Origin: Takakia lepidozioides
Lineage: Eukaryota > Plantae > Bryophyta
Direction of reading: 5' to 3'
NCBI GenBank assembly: GCA_030704615.1
Contig: CM060734.1
Location: forward strand, 38,874,001 to 38,938,000
Length of the DNA: 64,000 nt
The translations under genes were made by a program, and so were the position numbers. Of the stretch, positions 35,749-49,156 are shown in pieces. Positions within the stretch are counted from its first letter, which is position 1. Every line of letters begins with the position of its first letter. The notes under the pieces were generated by a model. It saw only the letters and a list, made by a program, of their open reading frames with translations. It searched no databases and was not told the DNA's origin.

Positions 35749-38700
35749 AGAGCGTAAGCAGTAAAGAAGAATCACTGTTCCATCCCAGAACTTATTTACG
35801 TATCAGCATGAATGTGGAAACAATCCGAGTTTAGCAACGGGCAAATTAGTATTAGTGACGGGGATGAGACGCAGAGAGATATATATATATATAACAGGAA
35901 AGTTGACTCGGGGAGTGACGGCACGCGGGGCGGGCAGCGGGCAGGTGGTAACTTGGGCAGCAAACTTTGGGCAGGCGCGGACAGGACACGGGTTCACGTG
36001 GGGGGGGCACGCGGCAGCCGGTAGGAAGGCGGCCGGAAAGAACGCAGAGACGGGAGTCGCGGGCCAGAACGGCGACGCCGCGTAGGGCGCCCTGCCGCCG
36101 GTCCGCGGCTTCTGTCGCGCGGCCCGGCGACCGCTTGTCGCATGGCGCAGCTGCATGCGGGGCCATGCCGCCCTGCTGCCCAGTGCCCACCCCCTCCACA
36201 CGCGCGGCCGCTTCATTGGGCGGCCCGTTTCGACGGCACGTGGCGTATTTGGATGAGATCTGTGGCGGGATTTAGTGGAAAAAAAATACGAGGGGGGTTT
36301 AGCCAAGATTCCCTGCTGGTAATCATTGTTGCGCACCCCCCCTTTGTTTTTTGTTTTCCGCTTTTTGGAGCACTCCCGATATTGCAAAACTACCTTCCTC
36401 CCTACCTACCTTCCTACCGGCCTACCTACATACCTACCGGGTGGGTGTGCGGAAGGGTTGTGCGAGTGAGGGAAGCCCTAATAACAGGACAGCTTGGTGA
36501 GGCGTCGTCCCTGTGACACTTTTGGCGAGTCAAATACAGGGTGCGGGAAAACAGAGCGTACCACCCGCTGCATTGACCCAAGCCGCCCGTGATGAGGCCC
36601 ACATTTGACCCACCCCGCCCTTCTCGGCCCTACTATTTATTGTTTTACGGAAGTTTTTGGTTTTTTCGAATCGGGGTTGGAAGGTTTTGGGAAAAAAAGA
36701 TTTGAAGTACCCTAAGTATGTTTTGTGAAAGCAAAGCACATCCAGTTTTAGAATGATGAATTCCGGTTTCACATATGATCCTCGGGTGCGGTGGTTTTTT
36801 CATCGTGAATACCTACCTACTCCGCAAAATCCATGGGGATCACTGTACGAAACAGGAGTCAGGCGCAGTCACACTCGAGCGCTGCTTATCTTACATGTGT
36901 AAGTAGGCATATTTCACGTTGGCGGCATCCCATGTTCCAAGAAGAAACTTAAATAAAATTAAACACGCAGCTACACCTGTTCACGCCGGTTGAGCGAGCA
37001 AGGCTACTATCCGCCTCCTTCCCGGAAACAGCCACGAAACTTGGTGGCTCAAGAGACGAGTCAGGTCCGCATTGAGGGACGAGGAAGGTACCTTTGAAAA
37101 ACTGGTTGCCACCAACAAAGCAGCGAGAGACAAGTTATGGGTCTTCTTATAAAACTATACTCTCTCTCTCGGCAAGTGAACGATGATTAATAAGAAGAGA
37201 GACACAGTGAGAATAATTGAAAGCCTGCGATTTCTCCCCAAAATCGATAAGTTAGGTAGGCATGTCCCATATTTGTGGGTTTTTTTGTCCCGTGTATGGT
37301 GACACGTTGGCTATGCTAGCAAGCAAGTCCAAGCCATTCTACTTCTACTGTGAGAAAATAATAGGCCTGATTTTTGAAAAGCAGGTTGCAAAGGCGACAA
37401 CAGAGGGGTCGTGGGCATCTAGAAACATGCGGCATCTTACACACACTTTGTGTCAAAAAGCGGGTGACGGACAGAAATGCTGGCCGATCGGGGTGCTGTC
37501 CTGCTTTCATCGACGACAAATGATAAACAACAACAAATGCAGCGGTAAAAGGAGCGAGGGGGTGGTTGGGCGGGTGGAGGGCGCAAGGCCGCGCGGGGAA
37601 GGACCGTGTAAAGGCGCGGGCGAAACAGAGAATGCTGGCGTCGCGGAAGCGCAGAGGCACGGGCGAGGGGGGTCCCGCCGCACGGCCCTCGTCTGCAGTT
37701 AATCCCCACGTGTCAAACAGGTCCCGCCGCTGCCGCCACTGCGCGCCGCTCGGGACCGCACCCCGTTGTGTCCGTCACTCCACCAGGCCAGTTCTACGCA
37801 GAATGTGGCGTGCTCATCATCGCAGCCCGCACGCCTGTTCCGAGCGCATTAAACCCTCTCCGTACACTGCCGGGGGAGCATCCAAGATGTTGCGCAGAAA
37901 GTTACGAGGCAATGATGAATGGAATCCTGTCAGGGCTGCAGTTCCGATCTGGAACCGGGGGCGCTTGCACGCCCCTGCAGCTGGCCGCCTTACGTGGCAG
38001 CTCGCGGACGTGGGCGCGGGTGGTAGGACGTCCCGCGGGTGGCGCCCCGCGGTGCCGCCTCGCCCACCCCACCGGATCCAGTGTCACGTGAGGGCGCGTA
38101 TAGCCTTCGCCCGCGTGGCGTGGCGTGGCGCCGACGATGGCGCAGCTCGCATCGGGAGCGTTGCCGTCTGCGTAACGGTCTTCGGAGTACGTGGCAGGCG
38201 TTACCGCGCCATGCGGGCCCGCGCTCGACTCTGCATCCCTCCCTTCGCTCCTTGTCATTAGTCGGAGGGTCACCAAATTAATATGGTTGCAGAATCAGTA
38301 CCCTACAATCTCCCTCTCTCTCTCTCTTCCCGGAAAGCAGGCGATCCGGGACATTGCACATCCGACGAACGTCATCATGACCAAGGAATTCGGCAGTCAA
38401 AGAGGAGGAGACTACAAGTTCCAGTTTTCATCCACGACTTTCGTAGTTGTTCTGGCAGTGTGATTTAAGGGCATCATGGCGAGAAGTGGTCCTGGGCTCA
38501 AATTGTCAAACGCCGCAGGCTGCAGGTTTGAATTGCGAGACGTGCAGGCGATGCAGGGTGTGGGCGGGGATCGGGACTTGGAACGGGAGCACAAATGGGC
38601 AGGGTCAAGGTCAAGAGCAAGGCCACGCCTCCATGCAAGCCGAGGCTTTTGAGGAGGGATGGATGAACGGAGGTGGCCCCACTGTGGGTCGTACTCTGGC

Positions 38701-41700
38701 AGGTGACGGGGGCAGCAAATCGATATGGAGCGGGGCGGGTCCCATCGCGGCCCGGTCCAAGCTGTTGGGAGCTTGGATGAACCCATCCGTGGGAGTGATG
38801 GAAAGCTTTCTGTTTCGTTATTTTTAGCCTTCCTGCCTGCTGGATGGAAGAGTCTTGCTTAATTGAGATAGTTGCTAACATTAGCATGGGCATTACCATA
38901 ACTCCTGCTCTGATCTTTATATATCACTAGGGTGCTACCTACATATCTCTGAAATTTAGATATCCTATGTGGCATTTACCAGTGTGATATTGCCACATGG
39001 GTTATCTCTAGTTGTGTTGTACCTGCACTGAGTGTGACTGAAGCAGGCTGCCGGTTTTCGTTTCTTTTTCTTTCTATAAATAAACAAGCTAATTGGGGTG
39101 GCAGCGAGGGCGACGTAAAGCTACGGGTTTGAACCCAAGACCACACTGCAAGGGGACCACACTGTTAATCAAAATTATTTGTTTGTTAACCCTAAAGGAA
39201 GAGCACCCTTTTGGTGGGCCTGCTATAAAAGGGTGCATACCCTCATGGACAAGAGTGTAACTTTTTATCCCCAATCATCCATACGGATGAACCTTATGTT
39301 TATGTGCATATCTCCACATCCACACCCGGTGAAAAATGGGGGCAATTTGACCATTGCATTCAGGAGATTATAACAAAATGATGTGCCACAATATTCTTAG
39401 ATGTATTCCAAAGTCGCACGTAAAAACTGGTTGGACAGCCAAGTTCCAAGTATAGAGTTGAATTTTCCTAGATATAGGCCCTCCGCAATCTGATTATATT
39501 GCAAGGATTGCGGCCCCAGAAAATCAGACCAAAATTCCAAAAAGTGAGATAGATTCTGGAGGATAAATGATCAGATTTTGGCTTTCTTTCACCCATGAGG
39601 TAATGTTTGCTTTCTAATTGCTCCGGTAAGTACCTATATGCACAATAACATTACATCGTGCCTTGTTCAGAAATTTGGGCATTGTGATAAATTTTGAGCC
39701 CTACATGTTACTTACAAGATTGCCATTTGGCCTGACACGTGGGCAGTTCAACGGTGTTTTTCCAGCCCCTTGTCCTTTGAAAATTTATAGAGGGTGGAGC
39801 TATAATTATTTTAGGGTGCTGTAAATTCCCACATGTGCTCTTCCCCAATGCGCACCATTTACCTTCAGGGTTCACTTCCATCCACTATCATCCACACAAA
39901 ATCTGAAGCGGGGGTTAAGACAAAATTATATATATGTACGTTCCACAATAAGATTGTCCCCCAACTCACTCCACATATTAAACCCAACTTAGTGTAGCTT
40001 CCTGTTCATTTCCCAAACTTTGAACCTCCTATACACTATATATACAAACTTGGTAATGAGCACATACCACATTGGCAGTGGTCGTGGGTTCAATCCACCG
40101 ATTGGTGTCACCTTTCTAGTCTGAAGGCACTAACTTAGTCCTTCGGGATCATAATTTACATAATTTACGCTTCCTTTGGGAGGTGTCATATATTAGTATT
40201 ATTATTATTACATAAACTCAATTGGCAGTCAGAGTTCTCATCCATCTGCATGCAAATGTGCGTAGGTGTAAACGTGTAACTTGCTAAAAAAAGCACAATC
40301 ACAAAAGTATGCAAGGCAATGAGAAACAGCCAATTGGCATATTCCAATTACCACCAAATTCACGTGTGTGAGCCTTCCCACACTACTAGTATGCATATCT
40401 CTTCCTCGAGAGAACCGACGAGCTCAGTTGGCAGCCCTCTGTTGGTGTATGACGTAAAAATTCAGCTCTAAGTTATTAGTAGTTGCCGGGCCGATCACGG
40501 TCCTTCTCCCGACCCACGAGACTCCCAGTCATTGCTGGATCCGGAATGTGAGGTTATTTTGTGGCTTCCTGGCCTCTTCAACGCTATTTTCACTCCCCAT
40601 TTTCCAACAAAATCAACCAAAAATATCTTCTCCCCATTTTCACTGCCGCCATAAAAGGCCCATTAGCTCTGGATTTGGTTCAGGGTTCGAACCTCAAATG
40701 TGGCAACTATGATGACACAATGATGTGCCAGTGGGGGCGACATAACATCCATTGCAAAATTAAAGGTTGAAAGTACCCAAATTTGAGGCACTTTTTTTTG
40801 TCATCATGACTTGCACCGTAACCCAACCTCCTAAAAATAATTAAATCTCATCCTCCCACTTGATCCATCATTTGCTGTTTCATGATTTGCATTATGGTCG
40901 TTGATTACCTTTCAAGCACCGGCCACCCTCAAATATTCCCCGGTCTCTCCCCTCGTCAACATCTTTTAGTACGGCAAGGTAGGATGGTTCTTCCCCTACC
41001 CCGACCACCGAAACCCAAAGTTTCCGGGTAGTCGAATCTTCAGTAACGTTGCTCACGTCCAAAGGTTGTCTTGGACGGAAACATCGGTGATTCCAATGAG
41101 GTTGAACACAATTTACATAAAAATACGATCGCTTACTCTCTTCCACCTCCAGCCATGCCAATTTATCCGAACGTAGTTTCGCTTCTTAGAGCGGATTCCC
41201 TCTCTCCAATACACACACAAAGAAGGATTCTGCTGCCGTGCGCATTTGGTACTGTGGTTGCATAGCCTGTACACACTCATTCCCAAACAAAACCCAGTGA
41301 CGCACATTAGGATCCCTTACAACTCTGCGGCTTCCGAGAAGCTCCCCCAAAGGTTCTTCGTCCCACAACACACATTTCGTACCTTGGATGAAACATGAAA
41401 CCATCCCTCGTCCTCCGCGGAGGTTAGCGAAATGTTTTGCGGGAAAACTAAACCCTAGGGCCAGCGCCATACAAGTGGAGCGCATGCCCGCGCAGGGAGA
41501 GTGACCAAAGCATGCCAGCACAAGGGCCCCGCGACCAATGCACGCGCGCCACGGCGGCGCGGGCCACAGGGAGGGCCATGCCGCTCCATTATTCGCAGCA
41601 CTGAGTCTGCGGTGAGGCCGCTGCCGCTGTACCGCATGCCGGGCCGTCACCGCGCAGCCGTCGTCGCAGCGTGGCCCCCTCGCCTTCTTCCTTTGACCTC

Positions 41701-43866
41701 GCCCTTCGACTCCCCGCGCCTTCTTTTCCCGTCCCACACCTTCGGCGTGACCGGGCCTTTCTGCGGCCCTCCCCAGGGAAAAAGTGGTGGTCTTTGGTGG
41801 GCCAGTTTTTGGGGAATGCCGGTATGGGGCAGCACCCCTCCCATCCCTCCTTCGCAGTTTAGCCACGCCTCCGGGAATAGCCGGGCGGCTTGAGCAAAGT
41901 CAAACCACACACATTTCAGTCGTTACTGCCGCACCCCGGTACGAAAGACCCCACCTTTGTCCTTGGCTGCGTAGGATTGAATTTCCTCATCCTGCCCGCC
42001 GCTGCCCGCTGCCTCCGCTGCATGTAATCATCGTCCGCCCACCCTTGTCTCATCTATGATCATCCATGCGTGCCGTCCCTACGTCATTTTCTGTTACCAT
42101 TTGGATGTATGAATGATTAGTCCTCCCTACTTTCCATAATAAGCTCCATCCCCATCCGACCATCTGCAGAGATGAATGCTCTCATCCTCGTAATGAATGA
42201 AGTTGGCTAAACTGGCGGAGGGCCTCACGGGGAAGGTGGGCGACCATGGCGGCATGTGGGCCCGCGAGGCATGACTCACATACATCATGCATAAATATCG
42301 CCCAGCCCTAACGCGAGGTGGGCCCGGTAAGCCCTAATATAGCGGGGCAGGCGGGTCGGATAGGATCGGGTGTGATGTGGACGGGCTCCGCGGATGAGTC
42401 AGTCGGGAGCCCTTTAGACTGCTTCAGTCCAAGGGCGGGATGACGGGTGCGCCTGCAACAGACGCTTTCATCCACTTTCTCATCTTATCCTCGTCACCTT
42501 TATATAGGTAGCAGTCTGGTAGTGCGAGAGCCTGTCGAGTAGAGATGACTATTATAATTAGATATTCCCCCGCATTTGTTTTTTTGTTCATTCCTTCACA
42601 AGTCTCGCACTCCGACTGCTACTCGCTCTGGATAAGCCCAACATTCTTTTCGTATGCATGTTTTATATTTCCTCCAGTATTATAATCCTTCGCGCTGACA
42701 GCATTGAACATAAACTTGCGTATCCAACTCCCCTTTCTCCTGAAAAATCATAAACTAACTTTTAGTAAAAACTAAAATCCAACACAGCGACAGAGTTGTT
42801 GAGGAGGTTGAATGTTGAATGTACAGTTTTTATACGCACGTGTCCTGACATCATTCGAACTCCCCTCTCTTTTCAAAACATGACCCATCCGGTAGTTGGT
42901 AGAGCCCCCCCCCCACCACCTCAGTCTACTTACAGATTCCTCGTGGATGAAAATGGGTCAATTTAGAGTTCATTTGTTGAGAAGGAAATATCATGAACAA
43001 TAATGATTTTCAAATGAGGTTTAATTATTTTAAAATAGTTAGGAATGGGATAATTATCTACATCGTAGCAAAGTTATTATTAGACGCTGTTTAATTAATC
43101 TGGGGGTGCAGAGAGTACTGGAGCGCCGACCAAAGGGCAATGGATGAGGCAGTAGGTAACCCAACAGAGGCGTCGCAGGATTTCATCCATGTTTCCCGCA
43201 CTTCTCCCCCCCCAAAAAAAAACAACATTAGTGACACTCGATGTGACCTAAACTAGGTACGGCCCCACTCCGCGCTTCAATAGTTTATGGTTGGATACTT
43301 CCCCCCTGTGCCGACCACATCGCGGAGCCGGACAGGATTTGAACCCGGCACCAGACGGTAGGCATGACGGTACAAGGGCAGCAGGGTCGTATCCCGGCAT
43401 GGCAGCCGCCGGTTAGCAAACAGTTTAGCCGGGGCGGGTTAGCCCTAAGCGCCCGGGTTAGCGCGGCGCGGCGGGCGGGCATACGGGGTGAGCATGGAGG
43501 GCGCGGTGTGGGCAGGCGCGGTATGAGCAGGGCAGGTGGAAGGCGGGCGGGAGTGCGCGCAGTGGCCAGGCCCAGCTAAACTGGCAGCGGGGGCCTAATG
43601 GGGGATTAGCGGCGAGTTTAGCGGGAGGGCAGCGCGCGGGTTAAAGCCAGTGCCGCGGCGCTGAGCTCTCATTCCCTGCCTGCCCCGGTCTGTGTCCCCC
43701 TGCGCCGTTGTGTTGCGATCAATCCCGCTGCGTGCCTGCCTGCAGGTGACCCTCGTCTTGCTGGGAGAGGGAGAGGGAGTGCGGGGAAGGGGTTGGGAAA
43801 TGCGAGCGAGCACATGAGTAGAGAGGCGCGGCGGGAGTGGCACATGTAGGAGGCAGGGAGCAGTGT

Positions 43867-45723
43867 ATGAAGATGCCGGGAGTCTTGCTAGACGAGCAGC
43901 CGTTCTCTCTTGACAGTTTTTCCTCTGGGGGGCCACTGTATGACTCGTTCGTAGCCTTCTCGTCCGCGATGTCGCATAGCCAGCCGCAGCAGCAAATGTT
44001 ACATCGTCTCAACTCGTTTTCTGGGATGAAAGAGTCCGATTCCTGTGCTGGGCTGTCGCAGAGTCCCTACGCGTATCAGCGGAGCCACAGTTTTAACATG
44101 CCTATTATGGACAGTGGAGATGAGTGTCTGAGTGAAGGATCGGGGAGAGGGTGCTTGGGGGTTGGGGAAGTTAGTGCGGAGGGTGGAAAGGGTGGAGGGC
44201 GATGTGATGTTCGGGGGCAGTCTTTCAACGGCTCCACTATGGCTGGAGCCATTGTGGGGTCGCCTACTTTCTCAGATTCTGTTAGCAGCCTGCACAAGTT
44301 CTTGCCCTCGAACAATGAAGACGAAGAAGCATGGCCTGCGGTGGATATGTATGGCTGCGATCAATTCCGCATGTTTGAGTTCAAAGTTCGGCGTTGCATG
44401 CGAGGGAGAAGTCATGACTGGACCGAGTGCCCTTTTGCTCACCCGGGTGAGAAGGCCCGCAGACGAGATCCTCGGCGCTTTCACTACTCGGGGACGGCCT
44501 GTCCTGACTTCAGGAAGGGTAGCTGCAGGCGCGGGGATGCATGCGAGTTCGCACATGGAGTGTTTGAGTGCTGGCTGCATCCGGCCCGTTACCGCACTCA
44601 GCCTTGTAAGGATGGGCGTAACTGTCGCCGCCGAGTCTGTTTCTTTGCTCACACTCCTGAGCAGCTGCGCTTGTTGCCTGCGGCTGCTCAAGCTGCCACT
44701 GCAGCTGCTCGAAGTGCTGGTCTTTCGGGTTCGCACGCCTCTGCGCTCAGTGCATGCCTGTCCCAGGGCTCTTATGATGGATCCCCTGTACGCAGTGGAG
44801 CATATGATGGAGCTTATGTGTTCGAAGGTAGTTCCTTTGATGGTTCCCAGTCATCGCACAATGGCTCCCCTCACAGTCACTTTAGTGGTCACAGCGCCGC
44901 TTCGCATGCGGGCCACTGCTGTTTGCCGTCTCAAATGTCGTCGCCTACTTCGACCCTTGTGGGGCATGCTCATTCCCCTCCCCCTCTTTCTCCACCACTT
45001 TCCCCTTCAGGATCCCCTCCTCTTTCCCCTTGGACTCCCCAGGGGTGGCCGAGCTTTTCTTGCTTATCAGCTAGCCAGGCCTCCATGACGCAGTCAATGT
45101 CTCAGGCTTCTCTGCAGGCCTCGCTGTCGCAAGGGGCGTTTCCACAGCCACAGGTCGCATTGGCTCGTGCACAGAGTGTTCAGACGACGGTGTCTCCGGC
45201 ATCACATACTCACTCCTCGTCCCCAGCACATCGACGGCATTTAGATCGGTTGAATTCCATGCCCTCTTTGTCGATCCCTGCCGTTGAGCAGAGGAGCTTG
45301 CAGCAGCAAACGGTTGCGTTGCCAGGGTCGGCACCGGTTTCCCCAGCAGGGAACAAGTCAATGTTGGAGCTTATTGCTACCTTGCAGCAGTTGGAGTTGC
45401 GTGGCTCCACTCCCCCGTCCTCTCAGTGGCTGCAACAATACTCGTCAGGCCCCTCGCCGCTCCGACGATGCTCTCAAAGCGTGCCAGTCACACCCACAAA
45501 GCTCCGGTGGGAAGAGAAGGAGAAGGAAAGATGGGAGGTTGATGAAAACGATGAAGGAGAGCCTACAGTGCAGCGTGTGGAGTCAGGGCGCGATCTGCGC
45601 GCCAAGATCTATGGTCGTCTGGGTAAGGAGAGTCGAATGGAGTTGGCTGGCGGAGACGTCCCCGACTTAGCTTGGGTGAATGAACTTGTTAAAGAGGAAC
45701 CCGAGCAAGCACCCATCTGGTGA
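43867..45723 (+). CDS. TZF: RR-TZF tandem CCCH zinc finger protein (TZF1/SOMNUS-like, no ankyrin repeats), intronless
   Basis: [37 protein letters not shown] arginine-rich region. [20 protein letters not shown] and [16 protein letters not shown] zinc fingers. C-terminal [13 protein letters not shown] and [11 protein letters not shown] motifs. Confidence 0.96.
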   Translation: MKMPGVLLDEQPFSLDSFSSGGPLYDSFVAFSSAMSHSQPQQQMLHRLNSFSGMKESDSCAGLSQSPYAYQRSHSFNMPIMDSGDECLSEGSGRGCLGVGEVSAEGGKGGGRCDVRGQSFNGSTMAGAIVGSPTFSDSVSSLHKFLPSNNEDEEAWPAVDMYGCDQFRMFEFKVRRCMRGRSHDWTECPFAHPGEKARRRDPRRFHYSGTACPDFRKGSCRRGDACEFAHGVFECWLHPARYRTQPCKDGRNCRRRVCFFAHTPEQLRLLPAAAQAATAAARSAGLSGSHASALSACLSQGSYDGSPVRSGAYDGAYVFEGSSFDGSQSSHNGSPHSHFSGHSAASHAGHCCLPSQMSSPTSTLVGHAHSPPPLSPPLSPSGSPPLSPWTPQGWPSFSCLSASQASMTQSMSQASLQASLSQGAFPQPQVALARAQSVQTTVSPASHTHSSSPAHRRHLDRLNSMPSLSIPAVEQRSLQQQTVALPGSAPVSPAGNKSMLELIATLQQLELRGSTPPSSQWLQQYSSGPSPLRRCSQSVPVTPTKLRWEEKEKERWEVDENDEGEPTVQRVESGRDLRAKIYGRLGKESRMELAGGDVPDLAWVNELVKEEPEQAPIW

Positions 45724-47937
45724 AGAAATCTTTCTTGTATTTAACAAAAGCTGCAGCCTGGGTTTGGGATTTTTTGGCTTGGGTTCACAGGGTAGGAGGG
45801 ATGGGATTGATCATTTATTGTTAGTTTAGTTGCATCATGATTTCACACATTTTGGTTTTGGAGGACAGCCTATATATAAGAGTGGGGGGGAGAAGGACAT
45901 AGGGTTCCATGGCATACAGTCTGAACCACAGCGCTCAAACAGCCATGTAAGTGCTGGAAAACATTGGCAGTAATAAACTTTAAACCAGGATAGCCACAAC
46001 CTGCGACAAACTAGTGCATAATCATAGTATCTGTGAAGAGAGTAAGGCATTACCTTGTATATTCATTTCTTGACCAAAGCCTTACATGAATGGATGAGGC
46101 TGAACATACTGTGAATTCACATTCATATGCTTTTGTGAAGTGCCCTGAGTTATATGGTTACTGATGTTCCAGTGACAATGCTTGGTCTATATCTCATGTT
46201 TTTGTTTTCTGCTGGTCCGAGTTAGAACGTTTGTTTAGGTCTTGAATTTGTCTGTTGGTGTTAGTGCAACGTCACAGTATTTGCTACTCAGCTGTTCATC
46301 TGTCCTCAAGCCAGTTGCAAGTTTTGTGGGGTGTACTGGAGGTACTTGGTTATTCATGCAAGTGGTATCCTCTTTCCTGCCTATTCAGTTTAAAGGATGC
46401 TAAAGAGTAGTTAGGAGGAGGGTTTGAGTTCTGTCCTGTAAAACTTTTGCAGAAAAGTGTGTACTTCGTATTTGGTTGTGGTAGAAATAGTTGAAGTAGC
46501 AGCGAACTAATTGTATCAGTGCAGTATGAGCAAAAACTGCACAGGGAGTTTAAGGATGATCAAATCTATTTAACACCTTCAAAGTCACTGTGTGTTTGTC
46601 GTAAGATTGAATGTCATCATTTGCGCAAGTGTGGAAGGCTTGCCTTTATATTCGCAAACTTGGTCAGGAGAGGCCAGTCCTTGGGTGCAGGCTTGTGATG
46701 GTTGTTTGTTGCAAAACAAAGTAACGGTACTCTTACAAGTTGGCCTTAGCATCTGGCGGATGGCAGTTGATCTTCGAAGTCCACTGAGTCTACAACGTTA
46801 GCAGTTGCATATGTTGAAGTCAAACTCGGGTTAAGACTGAAGCCACCTCCAAAACAACACAGCAACTTTCCAACCTTTATGTTGGAACAATCAAAAGAGG
46901 CATGATCTTTTACCATTGACATATCGAACACTTGCACGCTCCAGAGATTGAATTGAAGTGTAGTCGTCATTAGACACACATTTTGTGCTTTAACTTCCAA
47001 TTACACAATTACACAATTTTCCAAGACCTCGTTCTCGGATCTTGAGCTCAAATGTCACCACCATCTTCTCACACCATACCTGCTCAATTCTGTGCAAAGC
47101 ATCTAACTGTGCCTTCTTCACCTCGCACCAAGATTTGCAGGACTGAAATATAGCAATATATGTGACTGCACTGACACTACCAAAATCTTGGGCTTCGGCC
47201 TAATTTTGGTAACCAATGGCGAAGGTGATTTGCTATGGAGCCTTCACACACTAGAGTCCTCGATTGAGGATCCAATCTGACTCGTTACCCTAGTCAGCAT
47301 CAATATAGAACCCAGCTCACTGGGCAGCCTCAGGAATGGTCTTTCGATTGATGTCTGACACGACCAATGGACAGTGTTGGAGGATCCAACTCGCGCACCC
47401 GGAGGCTGATATGAGTCTCTGGTTCTCCACTGGGCTCTGGATACTTTACACAGTATCCGTGTTGGGTTCTTATATCTGCCCATTGGGCACCATTGACAAC
47501 TCAATATGAAACACAAAGAGGCTTGGGGGGTCCTCAATTCTGGTGAAGTTCGACTTGAGTGGACGTTGGGAGATGAAGAGAAGAAGCGTACTTAATGCAG
47601 TTGACGAACGACTCCTTTCCCTTCCGGAAGTCTACCAACGGAAGTTGACGGCCGTCAACAAGGAACGGTGGGGGGCACTTTGCCCTACGTATGTCTCCGG
47701 AATTGCTTCACTGAAACAGCCACCGCTCATGGGCGACAGTGGAAGATGGAGAGGGGAAGTGTCGATGTAGCAAGGCGAGAAGAAGAAAGGTGTACAATTG
47801 TATGACGGGTTTCCAATTGTGACCAAAAAAATCTCATTCTGCATTTCTTGATGCATGTGATTTTTCGTATTTGGTTTTTGAGCTCGGTGATTCTCTCTCG
47901 ATCTCAGTGGACACACTCACACCCAGCAAGATAAGCT

Positions 47938-49106
47938 ATGGGAGCTGGGGCACGCGCAGGCCGGCTGGCCTACCGCGCTGCCCTGGTGGCGGCGGCGGCA
48001 TCGCTGGGCCTTACTGCAGCACAGAACAGCAGTAGCAACCCTTTCAGCAAAGAGAAGAGTGGGCACAGTTCTCTGGTCACGCAGCGGATGTTGGCTTCTG
48101 GATGGAAAGTTCCCGATCGGAATACTCAAGAAGCTGCATTGCGTGGGAGTAGTGCTGTTAATCCCTTTGATGTTTTGGTGATAGGTACAGGATCTGTCCT
48201 TTCCCCTTTGATGATGTATTTCTCCATCTATATGTGTGCATATGCTGTCGCTTGTAAGGCGAATTCACTCATAGATTTGTCTCGTCCATCAATAAACTCC
48301 ATTTCTTTGGAACTATAACATGATGCTGAATCCTCCCATCGTTATCCAGCATGATTTTACTTACATGGATTTCCACAGATAGTTTATCAAATTGATCCAA
48401 GAAGAAGCAAGTTGTAGAGAGATACTGCCCACCAGCTGCCAAGGAAATCACTGGGGGTCTTTTGCCTTGCATACAAAAGATCTGCCGCTGCTTTTTGGTA
48501 TTCTGTCTTCGTTATGTGAAAGAGCGTTGCATTCAACCCGGTAGTCTAGGAGAATTTAAACTTGAATTTAGTGCATCATGTCTCAATTATCGATGTAAGA
48601 GGTTGGTCTGCTTAACCGCTTTGAATTGTTCATGTTAATGGGTTGGTAGAGTGTGGCTTTTGAATGAAACGTACTTGGGAACATAAATATGTTGGGCAGG
48701 TCAGTGGCCTGCATGAAGGGTAATGCGTCGGAAGAGTCTCCTGTGGTGCTGACAGATCAGTGAGGGGAATCTGACCTGTAATCTAACTACACTTGAAAGA
48801 TGATTTTAAATGACAGACTCTTATGTCTCAAGAAGGTGGGGAAAGGCGGTTATGGGTGAAATGCCTCATGGAACTGAATCGCTGGAAGTGGGTCTTTGGA
48901 TTACAGTGAGGCGAAAATTGATTACTTATGTTTACCTTAAGGAGCTGGCGTGGGTGCATGGTTAATGGTAGGTGGGGGTGCCACTGGCTGTGGGGTGGCT
49001 TTGGATGCCACAACGAGGGGCCTGCGAGTGGGGTTGGTAGAGCGGGACGACTTTTCTGCTGGGACTTCTTCGCGATCAACCAAACTTGTTCATGGAGGCA
49101 TCTCTC

Positions 49107-49156
<50 letters not shown>

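Noticed and set aside
35803-38276. Many overlapping Arg/Ala/Pro-rich ORFs (also 41186-42059 and 43285-43936)
   Set aside because: These are shadow ORFs of GC-rich promoter-like DNA with no recognisable domains.
44132-45088. 318-aa alternative-frame ORF
   Set aside because: It overlaps the TZF coding sequence and is explained by codon bias.
46750-47800. Possible gene or TE remnant upstream of SDP6
   Set aside because: No recognisable motif or terminal structure could be supported.
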